From: a virus
DNA: 64,000 nt
IMG/VR virus record: IMGVR_UViG_3300044991_001301
Reading direction: 5' to 3' (one strand)
The position numbers and the translations under genes are program-made. The notes under the pieces were generated by a model that saw only the letters and a program-made list of their open reading frames with translations, made no database searches and was not told the origin of the DNA. Below, in pieces: positions 1-9,438 of the stretch. Positions within the stretch are counted from its first letter, which is position 1. The number at the start of each line of letters is the position of its first letter.

Positions 1-2432
1 GTAATACTAGTCAATCCACTACCGTTTCCAGTAAATACACCTGTGTTCGCGGTAAATGCAACTGCGGTAACTGTTCCATTAACACCAAGTGATGTTAGTG
101 TTCCCAAGCTAGTGATATTTGATTGTCCTGCAATGGTTACGTTACCGGCATATGCAGCATAGTTAGCATTTGCGACTGTACCGGTGATATTTGCCGCGCT
201 GACATTAGCCCAACTTAGTACACCACTGCCATTAGTAGTTAAGAATTGTCCGTCTGTTCCACCAGTGATGCGTACATTAGCAACAGTACCTAAACTTACA
301 TTGGGACCGGTAAAATTAATATTACCCGTAGCATTTACATTGTTAGCAGTTACTAATGTGTTTGAAGTGACATTATTAGCAATTACATTTCCACCAACTG
401 ATACTGTATTAGCTGTACTTAAATTACCACCGGTGATATTACCGGTGGCTTGAATAGTTGTAGTAGTTGATAATGCTGTAAATTGAACTGTGTTAGCAGT
501 ACCAACTGGTTGCCCTATTGCTATTGTGTAATTACCAGAACTTGGTGTTACTGTCACTCCAGTGCCTGCTGTAATGTCATTTACATTAGCAGTCAAGGTA
601 ACAGTGCCACCAAGATTGATTACACCACCACCGGATAATCCTGCACCAGTATTAACAGTGACAGTTGAGTTGACCAGCTTGCTGTTTACAATGGACCCGG
701 CACTTAATGCATTAGTCACATCTCCGCTGGTCAATGTTACTGCACCTATGCGAGTATTGAAACTAGTGACTCCCACAGCACCAGCAGCTACTTTTTGCCA
801 AATTGTTCCGTTGTATACTGCTTCATCGCCAATAGCAAATGTGATTGAGCCGCTACCAAGGTCTTGAGTGCCAGCCACTGATACAATATACAAATCGCCA
901 GCGGTGCCTGTTCCATCTGCCAAGGTAGGAGTATTGGTAAGGGCATCCCATGTGCCTAAATAAACGGGGCCGCCTGATGGCAGATAGATAGTATCAATCT
1001 TGGTTAACGCATTAAGTGGCACCACACCAAGTGCAGCACCTTTTTCACTTGTTGGGATACCTGCATCAGTTTGAATATTCCCACTTGGGAATTTTAAGCC
1101 TGCATTTTGTATTAATGTGGTGCCTGTATCACCAGCTATACCTATTACAATATCTTGTGATGAATCAGTTGAACTAAGTCCAGATTGAGTTAATTGTGTA
1201 TTACCTACTTGAAGTGCATCGATGGTAGTGTCAAATAGCATAACTCCGGTGTCTAGCGACATTGAACCAGTAGTGCCTAAAGTAGTATCCTGTATATAGA
1301 TACCGGCGTTTCCAAAATATGCACCAATCCAACGATTATTGATGTTGCCCAAACTGTATATATTATCAATAGTTGGTAGTAAGTTACCTGTTAAGTTGAT
1401 GCCGCCCAAACCAAAGTCTGCTACTAATCCAATATTTGCTACATCGGTGCCATTTGGAGTAGCCCACATTTGTATTTTACTACCATTGTTTGCTGCTGAT
1501 TGATTTTCAGTAGTAATAAAATCTATTCTTGCAGTAGATACAGTAGGCCATCCGGTGACAGTATCTCCTACATAAGGGGTAGATGCTATCCGACTTACAA
1601 TTTGATTAATTGCTACTGGTGTGGGTGCTGCTGATGTGCCGTTATATCTACGACCAACATATGCGGCGTAACTTGCTGCACTGTCGTTGTATATACGACT
1701 TGGAATTGATTGTTGACCAGTTTGATGTAATAATACACCATAATTTTGCGGAGCTACTTCACTACCATCTGAACTACCTATAATATTAACACTACCTGAA
1801 ATATTTTCAGGAGTTGGTACTAATATTGTTACTCTACCGAGTTTATCTACACTAAAATCAGGTGGTAATTCTAAATTACTTGCGTGTATATTAAATCCAC
1901 CCAGGATATTAACATCAGCATTGCCTTGATAAGTTTCAATATTAACATCTCGTGTGTCAATTGTGCCCGAAAGAGTTTGGTCACTTATTGTGAAGTTGCC
2001 TAAGTTAGCAACATTACTGATTGTGATGTTATTACCAGCAACGTTGCCGGCATAGTTTGCTAGGTAGTTAGCGACATTACTATTACTATACACATTTGTT
2101 AAGTAACCACCATCACCGATAAAATAAGCCGCACTTACATTACCAACAACAACCATACCATTACCAGAGATTGTTAAATTGCTAGAGCCACCAAAGGTGT
2201 CAGATCCTGCATTATATTGAATTGAGTTAGTTGGACCACCGGGAATCCCGGTGCCACCGCCAACTGGTATACCACCGGGCGTTTCACCGTCACTAACATA
2301 AATGGAATTAGTTATAGGATTATACCAAAGCCGCTGTTGTTGTCCTACGTAGGTACTAGCATCGGCGTTGTTATCTCTGCTGGTAAAGAACTTTTGAATC
2401 GCAACCGGATCGTTTGGAATGTTAGCACTCAT
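1..2432 (-). CDS. Tail fibre / virion structural protein, 3'-truncated by the window edge (absent from the ORF track)
   Basis: ATG at 2432 preceded by AAGGAG (ctcctt at 2440-2445). The frame reads MSANIPNDPVAIQKFFTSRD...RLWYNPITNSIYVSDGETPGG (Mtd N-terminal-like), later LGTWDALTNTPTLADGTGTAG, and G/N/T-rich fibre repeats (FTGNGSGLTSI) at position 1. Frame spot-checked at three places. Confidence 0.8.
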   Translation of the reverse strand, partial: MSANIPNDPVAIQKFFTSRDNNADASTYVGQQQRLWYNPITNSIYVSDGETPGGIPVGGGTGIPGGPTNSIQYNAGSDTFGGSSNLTISGNGMVVVGNVSAAYFIGDGGYLTNVYSNSNVANYLANYAGNVAGNNITISNVANLGNFTISDQTLSGTIDTRDVNIETYQGNADVNILGGFNIHASNLELPPDFSVDKLGRVTILVPTPENISGSVNIIGSSDGSEVAPQNYGVLLHQTGQQSIPSRIYNDSAASYAAYVGRRYNGTSAAPTPVAINQIVSRIASTPYVGDTVTGWPTVSTARIDFITTENQSAANNGSKIQMWATPNGTDVANIGLVADFGLGGINLTGNLLPTIDNIYSLGNINNRWIGAYFGNAGIYIQDTTLGTTGSMSLDTGVMLFDTTIDALQVGNTQLTQSGLSSTDSSQDIVIGIAGDTGTTLIQNAGLKFPSGNIQTDAGIPTSEKGAALGVVPLNALTKIDTIYLPSGGPVYLGTWDALTNTPTLADGTGTAGDLYIVSVAGTQDLGSGSITFAIGDEAVYNGTIWQKVAAGAVGVTSFNTRIGAVTLTSGDVTNALSAGSIVNSKLVNSTVTVNTGAGLSGGGVINLGGTVTLTANVNDITAGTGVTVTPSSGNYTIAIGQPVGTANTVQFTALSTTTTIQATGNITGGNLSTANTVSVGGNVIANNVTSNTLVTANNVNATGNINFTGPNVSLGTVANVRITGGTDGQFLTTNGSGVLSWANVSAANITGTVANANYAAYAGNVTIAGQSNITSLGTLTSLGVNGTVTAVAFTANTGVFTGNGSGLTSI

Positions 2433-2443
2433 TAACTAACTCC

Positions 2444-2806
2444 TTAATTATCTAACGGTTCGTCATCACCTAAGCCGTCAAGTGCCACGACATTTATACC
2501 TGCGTTACGCTTGATCTGGTCTAACTCATCATATGAATATTGTTCTTCATCTTCCGGATCAGGCTCATCATACACATTTTCTACACCTGTTGCTTTTTTC
2601 AACAATTCTAACTTCAATTGTAATGGAGGAATGAATATGTCATCCGGCTGTTGAGCAAGTCCGCTACCATCTACTGCACCCAATTTAGGTGCTAGCACTG
2701 GCGCTGCTGGTTGTATTTTGGCAGGCAATCTGCCGGGTTGACCGAGTGATGCTTGTTTAGCATCAATCATATCTGCCAAATTACGTAAAATCTCGCTTGC
2801 TTTCAT
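2444..2806 (-). CDS. Hypothetical protein, probable virion/head protein
   Basis: 120-aa ORF with an MKASEIL N-terminus resembling the leaders of neighbouring head proteins. Late-promoter-like ATAAATA at 2901-2907. Confidence 0.6.
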   Translation of the reverse strand: MKASEILRNLADMIDAKQASLGQPGRLPAKIQPAAPVLAPKLGAVDGSGLAQQPDDIFIPPLQLKLELLKKATGVENVYDEPDPEDEEQYSYDELDQIKRNAGINVVALDGLGDDEPLDN

Positions 2807-2881
2807 AATTTAATCCTGATTAATAGTGAAGTCTTGATGATACTTCTTACCTTGAGGATGGTCATTAGCTACCAGGCAAAA

Positions 2882-2905
2882 AAATACTCTCGTTAGAGAG
2901 TATTT
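2882..2905 (-). terminator. Intrinsic terminator hairpin overlapping a late promoter
   Basis: Minus strand reads AAATACTCTC-TAAC-GAGAGTATTT followed by more T residues, immediately after the methyltransferase stop. Confidence 0.55.
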
Positions 2906-2918
2906 ATCATACAAGAAT

Positions 2919-3614
2919 TTATTTGATATCTAGTGGTCGTTTTTTAACAGCAACTATACAATACACCTGTTCCATTACTTTTTCAGGTTCTTTCTCACCG
3001 GTTGGATCAGCTATCATCAACTCAAAATCAAATGTGTCAAACACTGCAATATCAAATCCGGTACGCTGTAGTAGTGCAGCTAACTGGTGTTCGCCTAAAA
3101 TACTGTAATGATTGTCATTGTATTCGTGTCGGCGAGGACAATTAGGGGCAGGTACTTCAATATAGATCCTACTATTCTGCTTGAGTATGCGGTTGTATTC
3201 TATAAGACTAAAAATCGGAAATGGACTATGCTCTAATGCGTGGCGTAAAAAGATAAAATCCACACTCTCATCATAGTAACCCTCAGATTGGGGCAAAAAT
3301 GATAAATCATATGGCTTAATCACGTGTCCTTTAGATTGACATAGTGCAATGTCACCGGGACTTAATGTAACTCCCACTACGTCAGTGTATTCGCGAGTTT
3401 TCATCTCATCTAGAAAATAGCCCGGGCCGCATCCCAAATCTAAAATCTTAGCGTTCTTGGGCAAATTCAATGGATCAATGTACTTGGCTACTACTGATTC
3501 GGTGAGCGTCTTATGCATTGGGCTATCGCCCTCATCATACACGTGACAATTAACCAAATATTCGTAATAGAATTTTAACTTGACGGAGTCGAAGATGTTA
3601 TTTATATCAATCAT
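2919..3614 (-). CDS. Class I SAM-dependent methyltransferase
   Basis: Motif I ILDLGCGPG, then DFIFLRHALEH and RILKQNSRIYIEVP. Confidence 0.85.
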   Translation of the reverse strand: MIDINNIFDSVKLKFYYEYLVNCHVYDEGDSPMHKTLTESVVAKYIDPLNLPKNAKILDLGCGPGYFLDEMKTREYTDVVGVTLSPGDIALCQSKGHVIKPYDLSFLPQSEGYYDESVDFIFLRHALEHSPFPIFSLIEYNRILKQNSRIYIEVPAPNCPRRHEYNDNHYSILGEHQLAALLQRTGFDIAVFDTFDFELMIADPTGEKEPEKVMEQVYCIVAVKKRPLDIK

Positions 3615-3665
3615 ACGAATATTTATGATGCAACACTCGATTACGAAAATTTTAATAACTCAATC

Positions 3666-4043
3666 TTATTTTCTTTTATAACCTTTAAATGGTTTAACTA
3701 TACTTTGGGTATTTGTATTGGGCAATTCTTCGCTATCCATATCACCATTATTTAAATCTTTATACTCTAACCCGGCAGCTTTATATGCTAATTTTAACAT
3801 ATCTTGTTCTTCTTTAGTGTAGGGTTGTGCAGTATTGTGTTTACCTACCCAACTTTCAGCATTCATCTCTATTGGGTTTATTCCATCACTACAAGCTACA
3901 GCCATCATTAAACGATTTAAATCATATAGTCTATCATAACTGTCTATTTTCTTTGAAAAAATATTTAACCCACGGGTAGATTGTTGATGCCGTTTAGATA
4001 TTTGACCAACTTTAGATTCAGATATAAATTCACTTGCTCTCAT
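3666..4043 (-). CDS. Putative internal head protein with capsid-targeting-like leader
   Basis: N-terminus MRASEFISE resembles the T4 capsid targeting sequence MKTYQEFIAE. Paralog of 4040..4438. Confidence 0.55.
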   Translation of the reverse strand: MRASEFISESKVGQISKRHQQSTRGLNIFSKKIDSYDRLYDLNRLMMAVACSDGINPIEMNAESWVGKHNTAQPYTKEEQDMLKLAYKAAGLEYKDLNNGDMDSEELPNTNTQSIVKPFKGYKRK

Positions 4044-4438
4044 CTAGGATATCCTTTAAAGGCCTTAATCGGGCTATTTTTATCTACAGTTGTGCCTTCT
4101 TCACTAGCGCGGGTACTAATTAGTTTTTTATTATTGCTATCAAGACCTAATTCACGTAATGCATAATCAATGTCATCAACTAGTTCAGGGTCCATATGAT
4201 CGGTTACAACCATATTCTCACCCCACTCGGTAGAGGCGGCATATGGTGCAATCTTATCATCTTGATTGGCACGGGTTCTAGCACCTTTGGCGCCTGCCAT
4301 TGCTACACCAAATCGATATTGTTTATAAAAATCACTATTTGGCAATGCACCAATAGTATAAACCGCCGGCAAAGCGAGGGCAATGTCACTGGTTAATGGG
4401 GTAACTGTTGCTTCAGTAATAAATTCTTTTGCTCTCAT
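4040..4438 (-). CDS. Putative internal head protein with capsid-targeting-like leader
   Basis: N-terminus MRAKEFITE. C-terminus SPIKAFKGYPR matches SIVKPFKGYKRK of the neighbouring gene. Confidence 0.55.
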   Translation of the reverse strand: MRAKEFITEATVTPLTSDIALALPAVYTIGALPNSDFYKQYRFGVAMAGAKGARTRANQDDKIAPYAASTEWGENMVVTDHMDPELVDDIDYALRELGLDSNNKKLISTRASEEGTTVDKNSPIKAFKGYPR

Positions 4439-5406
4439 ATAGGCTCTATTGTAAGTATTAATCCATCTTCAGTCCCCAAAACCGATCCAACTGGATAACC
4501 GTCTAATCCTATATACGGTGGGGAAACATTACCTTGATCTATATATGTAATCTGTGAGGATATAAAGTGTAACAGAACGTGATTTACTATTGGACTTACC
4601 ATTAGTCGCACATTAGATGAAAACACATCCATATTATATCGCGTGAGTACATTGCCCGAAAACATAGTACCGTATGCTGTGTATTTTACATCGTCACTGT
4701 TATTAGTTATCTGTGCTGAAATAGTTACGCTCTGGCTATCGACAGTTTCGATATCGCTAGACCTAATTTGAAAGGTACCCTGAGTAAACTCAGTAATCGG
4801 CACTTCAAATATAACTTGGTCGGCAACATTATCTGCCGTATAAGAAACAGTTGTGTTGAATGTAGTAGAAAATAAATTTGAAAAATTATTATTGATCTTA
4901 CTGAACGCAACTCGTAATGGATCGCCGGTGCCATCATTGGGGACAGCACCAATGTTGATGTATTCTTGATTTCCATATGGGCCACTAGTAATAGCAGTAG
5001 GCGTCACTGTGGTAACAGTTGGCTCAATAGTATGAACTACTGTTTTATTAACCAATACAGCAGCCTTGCTAGTAGATACTATAGCGTTATCTACTGTGGG
5101 AAGTGGATGAATAACATTAACAATCTCAGGAGTACCGGGCGCTATAGCATATGCTACACCCGGCGGAGATGAATTTATATAAATGTTATTTGTCTGTATA
5201 TTAACCGAATTTGAAAAATTATTCGTAGTAACATTCGCAACTATTGTGTTAGCGATAGCTTCAGGAGGTACTTGAAAGGGGTCAACCAGCTCTACATTAG
5301 CTATTTCTACATTGGTAATGGCATTATTTACTGTGGGACGGATGGCGCGGCGAGGATCAGTTGAAGTGGCCGGTGTCTTAACAGTAACAATGGGTTTTTT
5401 TGGCAT
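4435..5406 (-). CDS. Baseplate/tail structural protein with T4 gp9/gp10-like motif
   Basis: INIGAVPNDGTGDPLRVAFSKINNNFSNL is the motif typical of T4 gp9/gp10 N-termini. Late promoter ATAAATA at 5430-5436. Confidence 0.65.
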   Translation of the reverse strand: MPKKPIVTVKTPATSTDPRRAIRPTVNNAITNVEIANVELVDPFQVPPEAIANTIVANVTTNNFSNSVNIQTNNIYINSSPPGVAYAIAPGTPEIVNVIHPLPTVDNAIVSTSKAAVLVNKTVVHTIEPTVTTVTPTAITSGPYGNQEYINIGAVPNDGTGDPLRVAFSKINNNFSNLFSTTFNTTVSYTADNVADQVIFEVPITEFTQGTFQIRSSDIETVDSQSVTISAQITNNSDDVKYTAYGTMFSGNVLTRYNMDVFSSNVRLMVSPIVNHVLLHFISSQITYIDQGNVSPPYIGLDGYPVGSVLGTEDGLILTIEPI

Positions 5407-5439
5407 CTGATAATTTAAAAGTTATAGTATATTTATCAG

Positions 5440-5712
5440 TTACTTTGAGTTTGCAGTTTCAGCTATTTTCTTTTGAGCATCATACCATTCCTGCCACGAT
5501 TCAACTAACGCAACACAAGAATAATATTTCCTATAGTTATTGGTTACGGTCTTCATTAACTCACTAAGAACACTTGTTGGCTTTTCCATAGTGTCTAACA
5601 CTTCACATTTCTCTAGTAATACCTCAGGAACTATAGGAAAGTTATATTTAACTGGCACTACCGTAGAACATCCCGTTAATAATACTGCACAAAATATAAG
5701 TATATTTTTCAT
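5440..5712 (-). CDS. Outer-membrane spanin (Rz1-like lipoprotein)
   Basis: Signal peptide with lipobox LLTG-C, proline-rich N-region, two further Cys. Overlaps the upstream membrane protein by 4 nt. Confidence 0.7.
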   Translation of the reverse strand: MKNILIFCAVLLTGCSTVVPVKYNFPIVPEVLLEKCEVLDTMEKPTSVLSELMKTVTNNYRKYYSCVALVESWQEWYDAQKKIAETANSK

Positions 5713-6149
5713 TTTTTGGGCGCCATGGGTGGCTGTGCAGCCGCATTATGTGCATTGATTACTACCTCGGGTATAGGACAAGTGGTATCATACTTTACTA
5801 CCTCCCGATCAATATAGGTTCTAATCTCGTCACCTTTTTCTTTTATTATTTGCCGTTTAGTCAATATTTTAGTGACTACCGTTGTATTAACCTGCAGGGA
5901 TTGGGCTTTCGCTTCTGCAACCTTAGCTTCCATTTCTTTGACTTTAAGTTGCCATTCAGCATCATTAGCCAAGCCGCCCTCTAAGTAAACAGCTAACGAT
6001 AGCATCAGCACACCTAGTATCTGTATCGGCAATCGGTACTTATTAATTAATGGGATAAATCCCAAGACGAATCCTGCAATTGTCCCCAATACACCACATA
6101 TCAACAGCAAATGAATGCTTGCTACGGGAAGAATAGATAAGATCCACAT
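5709..6149 (-). CDS. Inner-membrane spanin (Rz-like)
   Basis: Likely start MWILSIL at 6149, 4 nt after CTAAATA. N-terminal transmembrane helices, a coiled coil (WQLKVKEMEAKVAEAKAQS) and a C-terminal CPIPEVVINAHNAAA. Coupled to the lipoprotein gene. Confidence 0.7.
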   Translation of the reverse strand: MWILSILPVASIHLLLICGVLGTIAGFVLGFIPLINKYRLPIQILGVLMLSLAVYLEGGLANDAEWQLKVKEMEAKVAEAKAQSLQVNTTVVTKILTKRQIIKEKGDEIRTYIDREVVKYDTTCPIPEVVINAHNAAAQPPMAPKK

Positions 6150-6156
6150 CTTATAT

Positions 6157-7140
6157 TTAGTCGGATGGGTACAGATGTTTGGGTAATATTTTTGGCGCGA
6201 CCATGTCCGTACCACAAAAGCACTGCGGGCTAGTACAAGGTATGTAATCATTCGTAAATTCAATCACCGCATCATCAAGATGCCTTTCGCCACCAACCTC
6301 ACATACGCCTCGATAAATGACATCGTGATCTACTCTCATATTACTGCCGCCTATAGCACAGTCCCAATTTAAGAATTTATTCTGTTGCTTTTTCATCAAT
6401 AATTGAGGATCGATGTTTGTTGAAAAATTCTTGTTATAGGTGATTTTAAGTGTGTGGTTTATTCGGTGATGAGCAAGTAGTGTCGATTTACCTTTAGTCT
6501 CCCGTAGATCCCCGTACTCCCATCCGTGTTTTTTTAAACTAGCTAGTTGATCTGCGGTGTAAAATTCATATATGTCAAAGTTAAAAACCATAGACTTTAA
6601 TGTTATGACCGCGCCGGTGTTCGCAACTATATACTCTCTCGCTTCAAACGCCCGATCTAAACTATTTAACGAGTGGGTTATCAAACAAACTACTTCCAAT
6701 GCAGCATTGTGGAATAAGTTTAGTACCTTAGTAATATGTTGATAATCATTCGTTTGTTCACTGTGGTAGGTTATGAACAAATAATCCAATACGTTTGCTT
6801 CTTGTAGCTCTTTCCACCACCGCAATGTTCTAGAACCATTTGATATTAGGCTTATCATTGCCCCCTTTTCTTTCATATACTGAAGCAACGGGAGCAACTC
6901 GGGATACAGTGTTGGTTCTCCGCCGGTAATTTGTATCCAAAACGGAGATCCATCACAGGCTGCTACCAACTTATCGGCATATTCTTTGTATTTTTCTAAA
7001 CTGAACCACCGTTGGCTTCCGTCTTTGTGTCGAGACCCGCAAAAACTACAATCGTGGTTACACACATTGTGTATTTTCCATTCAATGAATTTTTGATCTG
7101 TCGCAATGGCTTTTTCTACTTTTATAGGAAATAACTTCAT
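6157..7140 (-). CDS. Radical SAM enzyme with C-terminal Cys-rich (SPASM/twitch-like) domain
   Basis: CNHDCSFC, TGGEPT, SNGS, and C-terminal C..G...C...C....C.C. Paralog of 39029..39991. Confidence 0.85.
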   Translation of the reverse strand: MKLFPIKVEKAIATDQKFIEWKIHNVCNHDCSFCGSRHKDGSQRWFSLEKYKEYADKLVAACDGSPFWIQITGGEPTLYPELLPLLQYMKEKGAMISLISNGSRTLRWWKELQEANVLDYLFITYHSEQTNDYQHITKVLNLFHNAALEVVCLITHSLNSLDRAFEAREYIVANTGAVITLKSMVFNFDIYEFYTADQLASLKKHGWEYGDLRETKGKSTLLAHHRINHTLKITYNKNFSTNIDPQLLMKKQQNKFLNWDCAIGGSNMRVDHDVIYRGVCEVGGERHLDDAVIEFTNDYIPCTSPQCFCGTDMVAPKILPKHLYPSD

Positions 7141-7143
7141 TAG

Positions 7144-8223
7144 TTATTTATAAAAGTCCATTACTCTCTCAGCAATATATTCAACGTCTTGATCTGTTAA
7201 TTCAGGATACATTGGCAAGCTCAATACACCTCGACTTAACATTACGCTAGTACTTAATAAGTCTGGTTTAACTAATTTTTTAGCTATTGGTAGATCACCT
7301 AATACATATTCATAATGCACTTTGCTATCAATCCCATTAACTAGTAAATGTGTGTGTAGAGAGTTTCTATCCTCAAGATAGACTACAAATTTTTGATGGG
7401 CGTGAGAGTTCGACCCAGCTGACAAACATCTTAGGGGAAGGTCTTCGAAGGCAGCACACCAATAATTTGCTATGTCCCGTCTGCGCTGTTGCCATTGACC
7501 AATGTATTTGGTTCTGACAAGTATTTGGGCGCAGTCCTGTTCACTCATTTTTGAGTTTGATCCCGACGCGTGGAAGTATGGCTTACAGTTGTCTTTATAT
7601 GAAGCTGCGTGTAAGTACAGTCCTTGATCGTTTGTTACAATGGCGCCACCGTTACCTGACGATGGGAGATTTTTTGTAGGGTCAAAACTGATAGACATCC
7701 CAGCACCAACCTGCCCATTAGCAACTAACCAATGCTGTGCCCCATCAACGATTACTCCGTTATTGTGTGCTAGCATGGTGTCATCCCAAGGTTGCGCACC
7801 ATAAAGACCAACCAAGCATTGGTACGCATTAGCTATTGGTCCATTACGTGATAGTATGCCGTACTTGTCGGTATCTGCTAACTCAACATTCCACCCTGTT
7901 TTTAAAAAAGCATTTAGTGTGGCTGGGTAAGTTAGATTGGGTACACGAATCGTGGGTGTTCCATTAATAACCGGTATATGCGTTGACTTCTTATAGTCTG
8001 CGATAATCTCTAGTGCTTGTGTGCCACTATGAACCGTAACGGCATATTTTGTCTTAGTTCTTTCCCTTAGCCAAGCTTCAAACTCGAGGGTATAACGACC
8101 CCCGACTAGTTGACCGTCTTTGAGAGCATTATGCGTTGCGTCAAGCAATTCATCTTTAAGATTTTTGTATTGTTTTGCTAGCCCAAAATGGGGAATTTGA
8201 TAACCAACCATAATATTTTTCAA
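7144..8223 (-). CDS. DegT/DnrJ/EryC1/StrS family PLP-dependent sugar aminotransferase
   Basis: HSGTQAL, VDGAQH and SFDPTKNLPSSGNGGAIVT (PLP lysine), plus LSLPMYPEL. The true start may be the ATG at 8211. Confidence 0.9.
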   Translation of the reverse strand: MKNIMVGYQIPHFGLAKQYKNLKDELLDATHNALKDGQLVGGRYTLEFEAWLRERTKTKYAVTVHSGTQALEIIADYKKSTHIPVINGTPTIRVPNLTYPATLNAFLKTGWNVELADTDKYGILSRNGPIANAYQCLVGLYGAQPWDDTMLAHNNGVIVDGAQHWLVANGQVGAGMSISFDPTKNLPSSGNGGAIVTNDQGLYLHAASYKDNCKPYFHASGSNSKMSEQDCAQILVRTKYIGQWQQRRRDIANYWCAAFEDLPLRCLSAGSNSHAHQKFVVYLEDRNSLHTHLLVNGIDSKVHYEYVLGDLPIAKKLVKPDLLSTSVMLSRGVLSLPMYPELTDQDVEYIAERVMDFYK

Positions 8224-9136
8224 ATCCTTCTTCTACGTCTATTTGGGGATTATATCCGAAATCTCTACGTGCAGCATCAATGTTCAATGCCCCGCGACTT
8301 GGGAAATCAACATCTTTGTTTTTTACTTCAATCGTTCCCTTGCCAGCATATTTCACTGCTAAATTAGCAGCATCAAGTAAGGTACGACTGCGGCTCTTGG
8401 TGATATTGTATGTTTTGTTGGGTGTGTTGTTAGACAGTGATGCTGCCACGATACCGATTGCCGCGTCTTCTACATAGGTAAAATCTAGGGTTTCATATGC
8501 ACCGTTGACCTTAAGAACCCCGCCACGCATGGCAGTTAACATAAATTTAGCAATAACTCTATCTTCAACATCTAGTGGGCCATACACTGCGCTAGGACGA
8601 ATGATAGTATGAGTAAAGCAATTGCGGCGGCTGTAATCTTTGACCAAATGTTCTCCGGCCAGTTTCATAATTCCATACTGACCTTGTGGCTTACAATCAT
8701 ATTCTTCGTTTACATCATCGTGGAAATCGCCATAGACCATACTGCTACTGATGTAAACAAACTTACGCACCTGATGCGCTTTTGCTACTTCGCACAAGTT
8801 AAGCAAACCTTCTATCATTGTCCTGGCGCCAAGTGTAGGATTAGCGTTGACTACTTTCTGACGGGGGAAACTTGCCAAATGAATAATAATTTCTGGCTTG
8901 TGTTTTTTAACTAACCAGTTGATACTATCCGCATTGCTGATATCAATATTAGATATCTGATCAGTACAAATCTTCTTAAGCCGTTCTTCCATCAGATAAT
9001 CAATCTCAGCTTGAGGGATAATTCCATAGTTGGTTCGAGTGTCCGTAATGACAACATCGTGTCCTAACTCTTCTAACTTGCTAACTACATTGTGTCCAAT
9101 TAATCCCAAGCCGCCGGTTACTAAAATTTTAGTCAT
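8156..9136 (-). CDS. NAD-dependent nucleotide-sugar epimerase/dehydratase (extended SDR)
   Basis: ILVTGGLGLIG, SSSMVYG, YGIMK (YxxxK), RPSAVYGP and DFTYVED. Confidence 0.9.
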   Translation of the reverse strand: MTKILVTGGLGLIGHNVVSKLEELGHDVVITDTRTNYGIIPQAEIDYLMEERLKKICTDQISNIDISNADSINWLVKKHKPEIIIHLASFPRQKVVNANPTLGARTMIEGLLNLCEVAKAHQVRKFVYISSSMVYGDFHDDVNEEYDCKPQGQYGIMKLAGEHLVKDYSRRNCFTHTIIRPSAVYGPLDVEDRVIAKFMLTAMRGGVLKVNGAYETLDFTYVEDAAIGIVAASLSNNTPNKTYNITKSRSRTLLDAANLAVKYAGKGTIEVKNKDVDFPSRGALNIDAARRDFGYNPQIDVEEGFEKYYGWLSNSPFWASKTIQKS

Positions 9137-9434
9137 ACTTTAATTTCCAATAGGTGTAATCTACTTCTGTAAGTTTTGCTCTTATACTATAATGATATCC
9201 ATAATGCATATCCGGTGATCTATGCCAACTTGGGACTTCGACTGCGTGGGTCATTACGAATTTCCCAGGTTCGCTCTCTTGCCAATTCCATAATGGTTCT
9301 GCCGCGAACAAATCCGGATCTTCCACATCACCCATTGTAAATCGATGAACAACACATTCAATTATTTTCATATTAGTATTCTTTTTAGAAAATGAATTGT
9401 AACGATTTCGCAACTGTGTGAAAAAATCCTTCAT
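9129..9434 (-). CDS. Hypothetical phage protein
   Basis: ORF translationally coupled between thyA and the epimerase, with GDVEDPDLFAAEPL and a YWKLKY end. Confidence 0.6.
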   Translation of the reverse strand: MKDFFTQLRNRYNSFSKKNTNMKIIECVVHRFTMGDVEDPDLFAAEPLWNWQESEPGKFVMTHAVEVPSWHRSPDMHYGYHYSIRAKLTEVDYTYWKLKYD

Positions 9435-9438
9435 CCCG

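Noticed and set aside
184-867. Plus-strand ORFs 184..453 and 562..867, and the many other short ORFs antisense to long genes
   Set aside because: These are shadow frames of long minus-strand genes. The only credible plus-strand genes are 34063-36518.
1-2432. Diversity-generating retroelement suggested by the Mtd-like N-terminus
   Set aside because: No reverse transcriptase or template/variable repeat pair is visible in the window.
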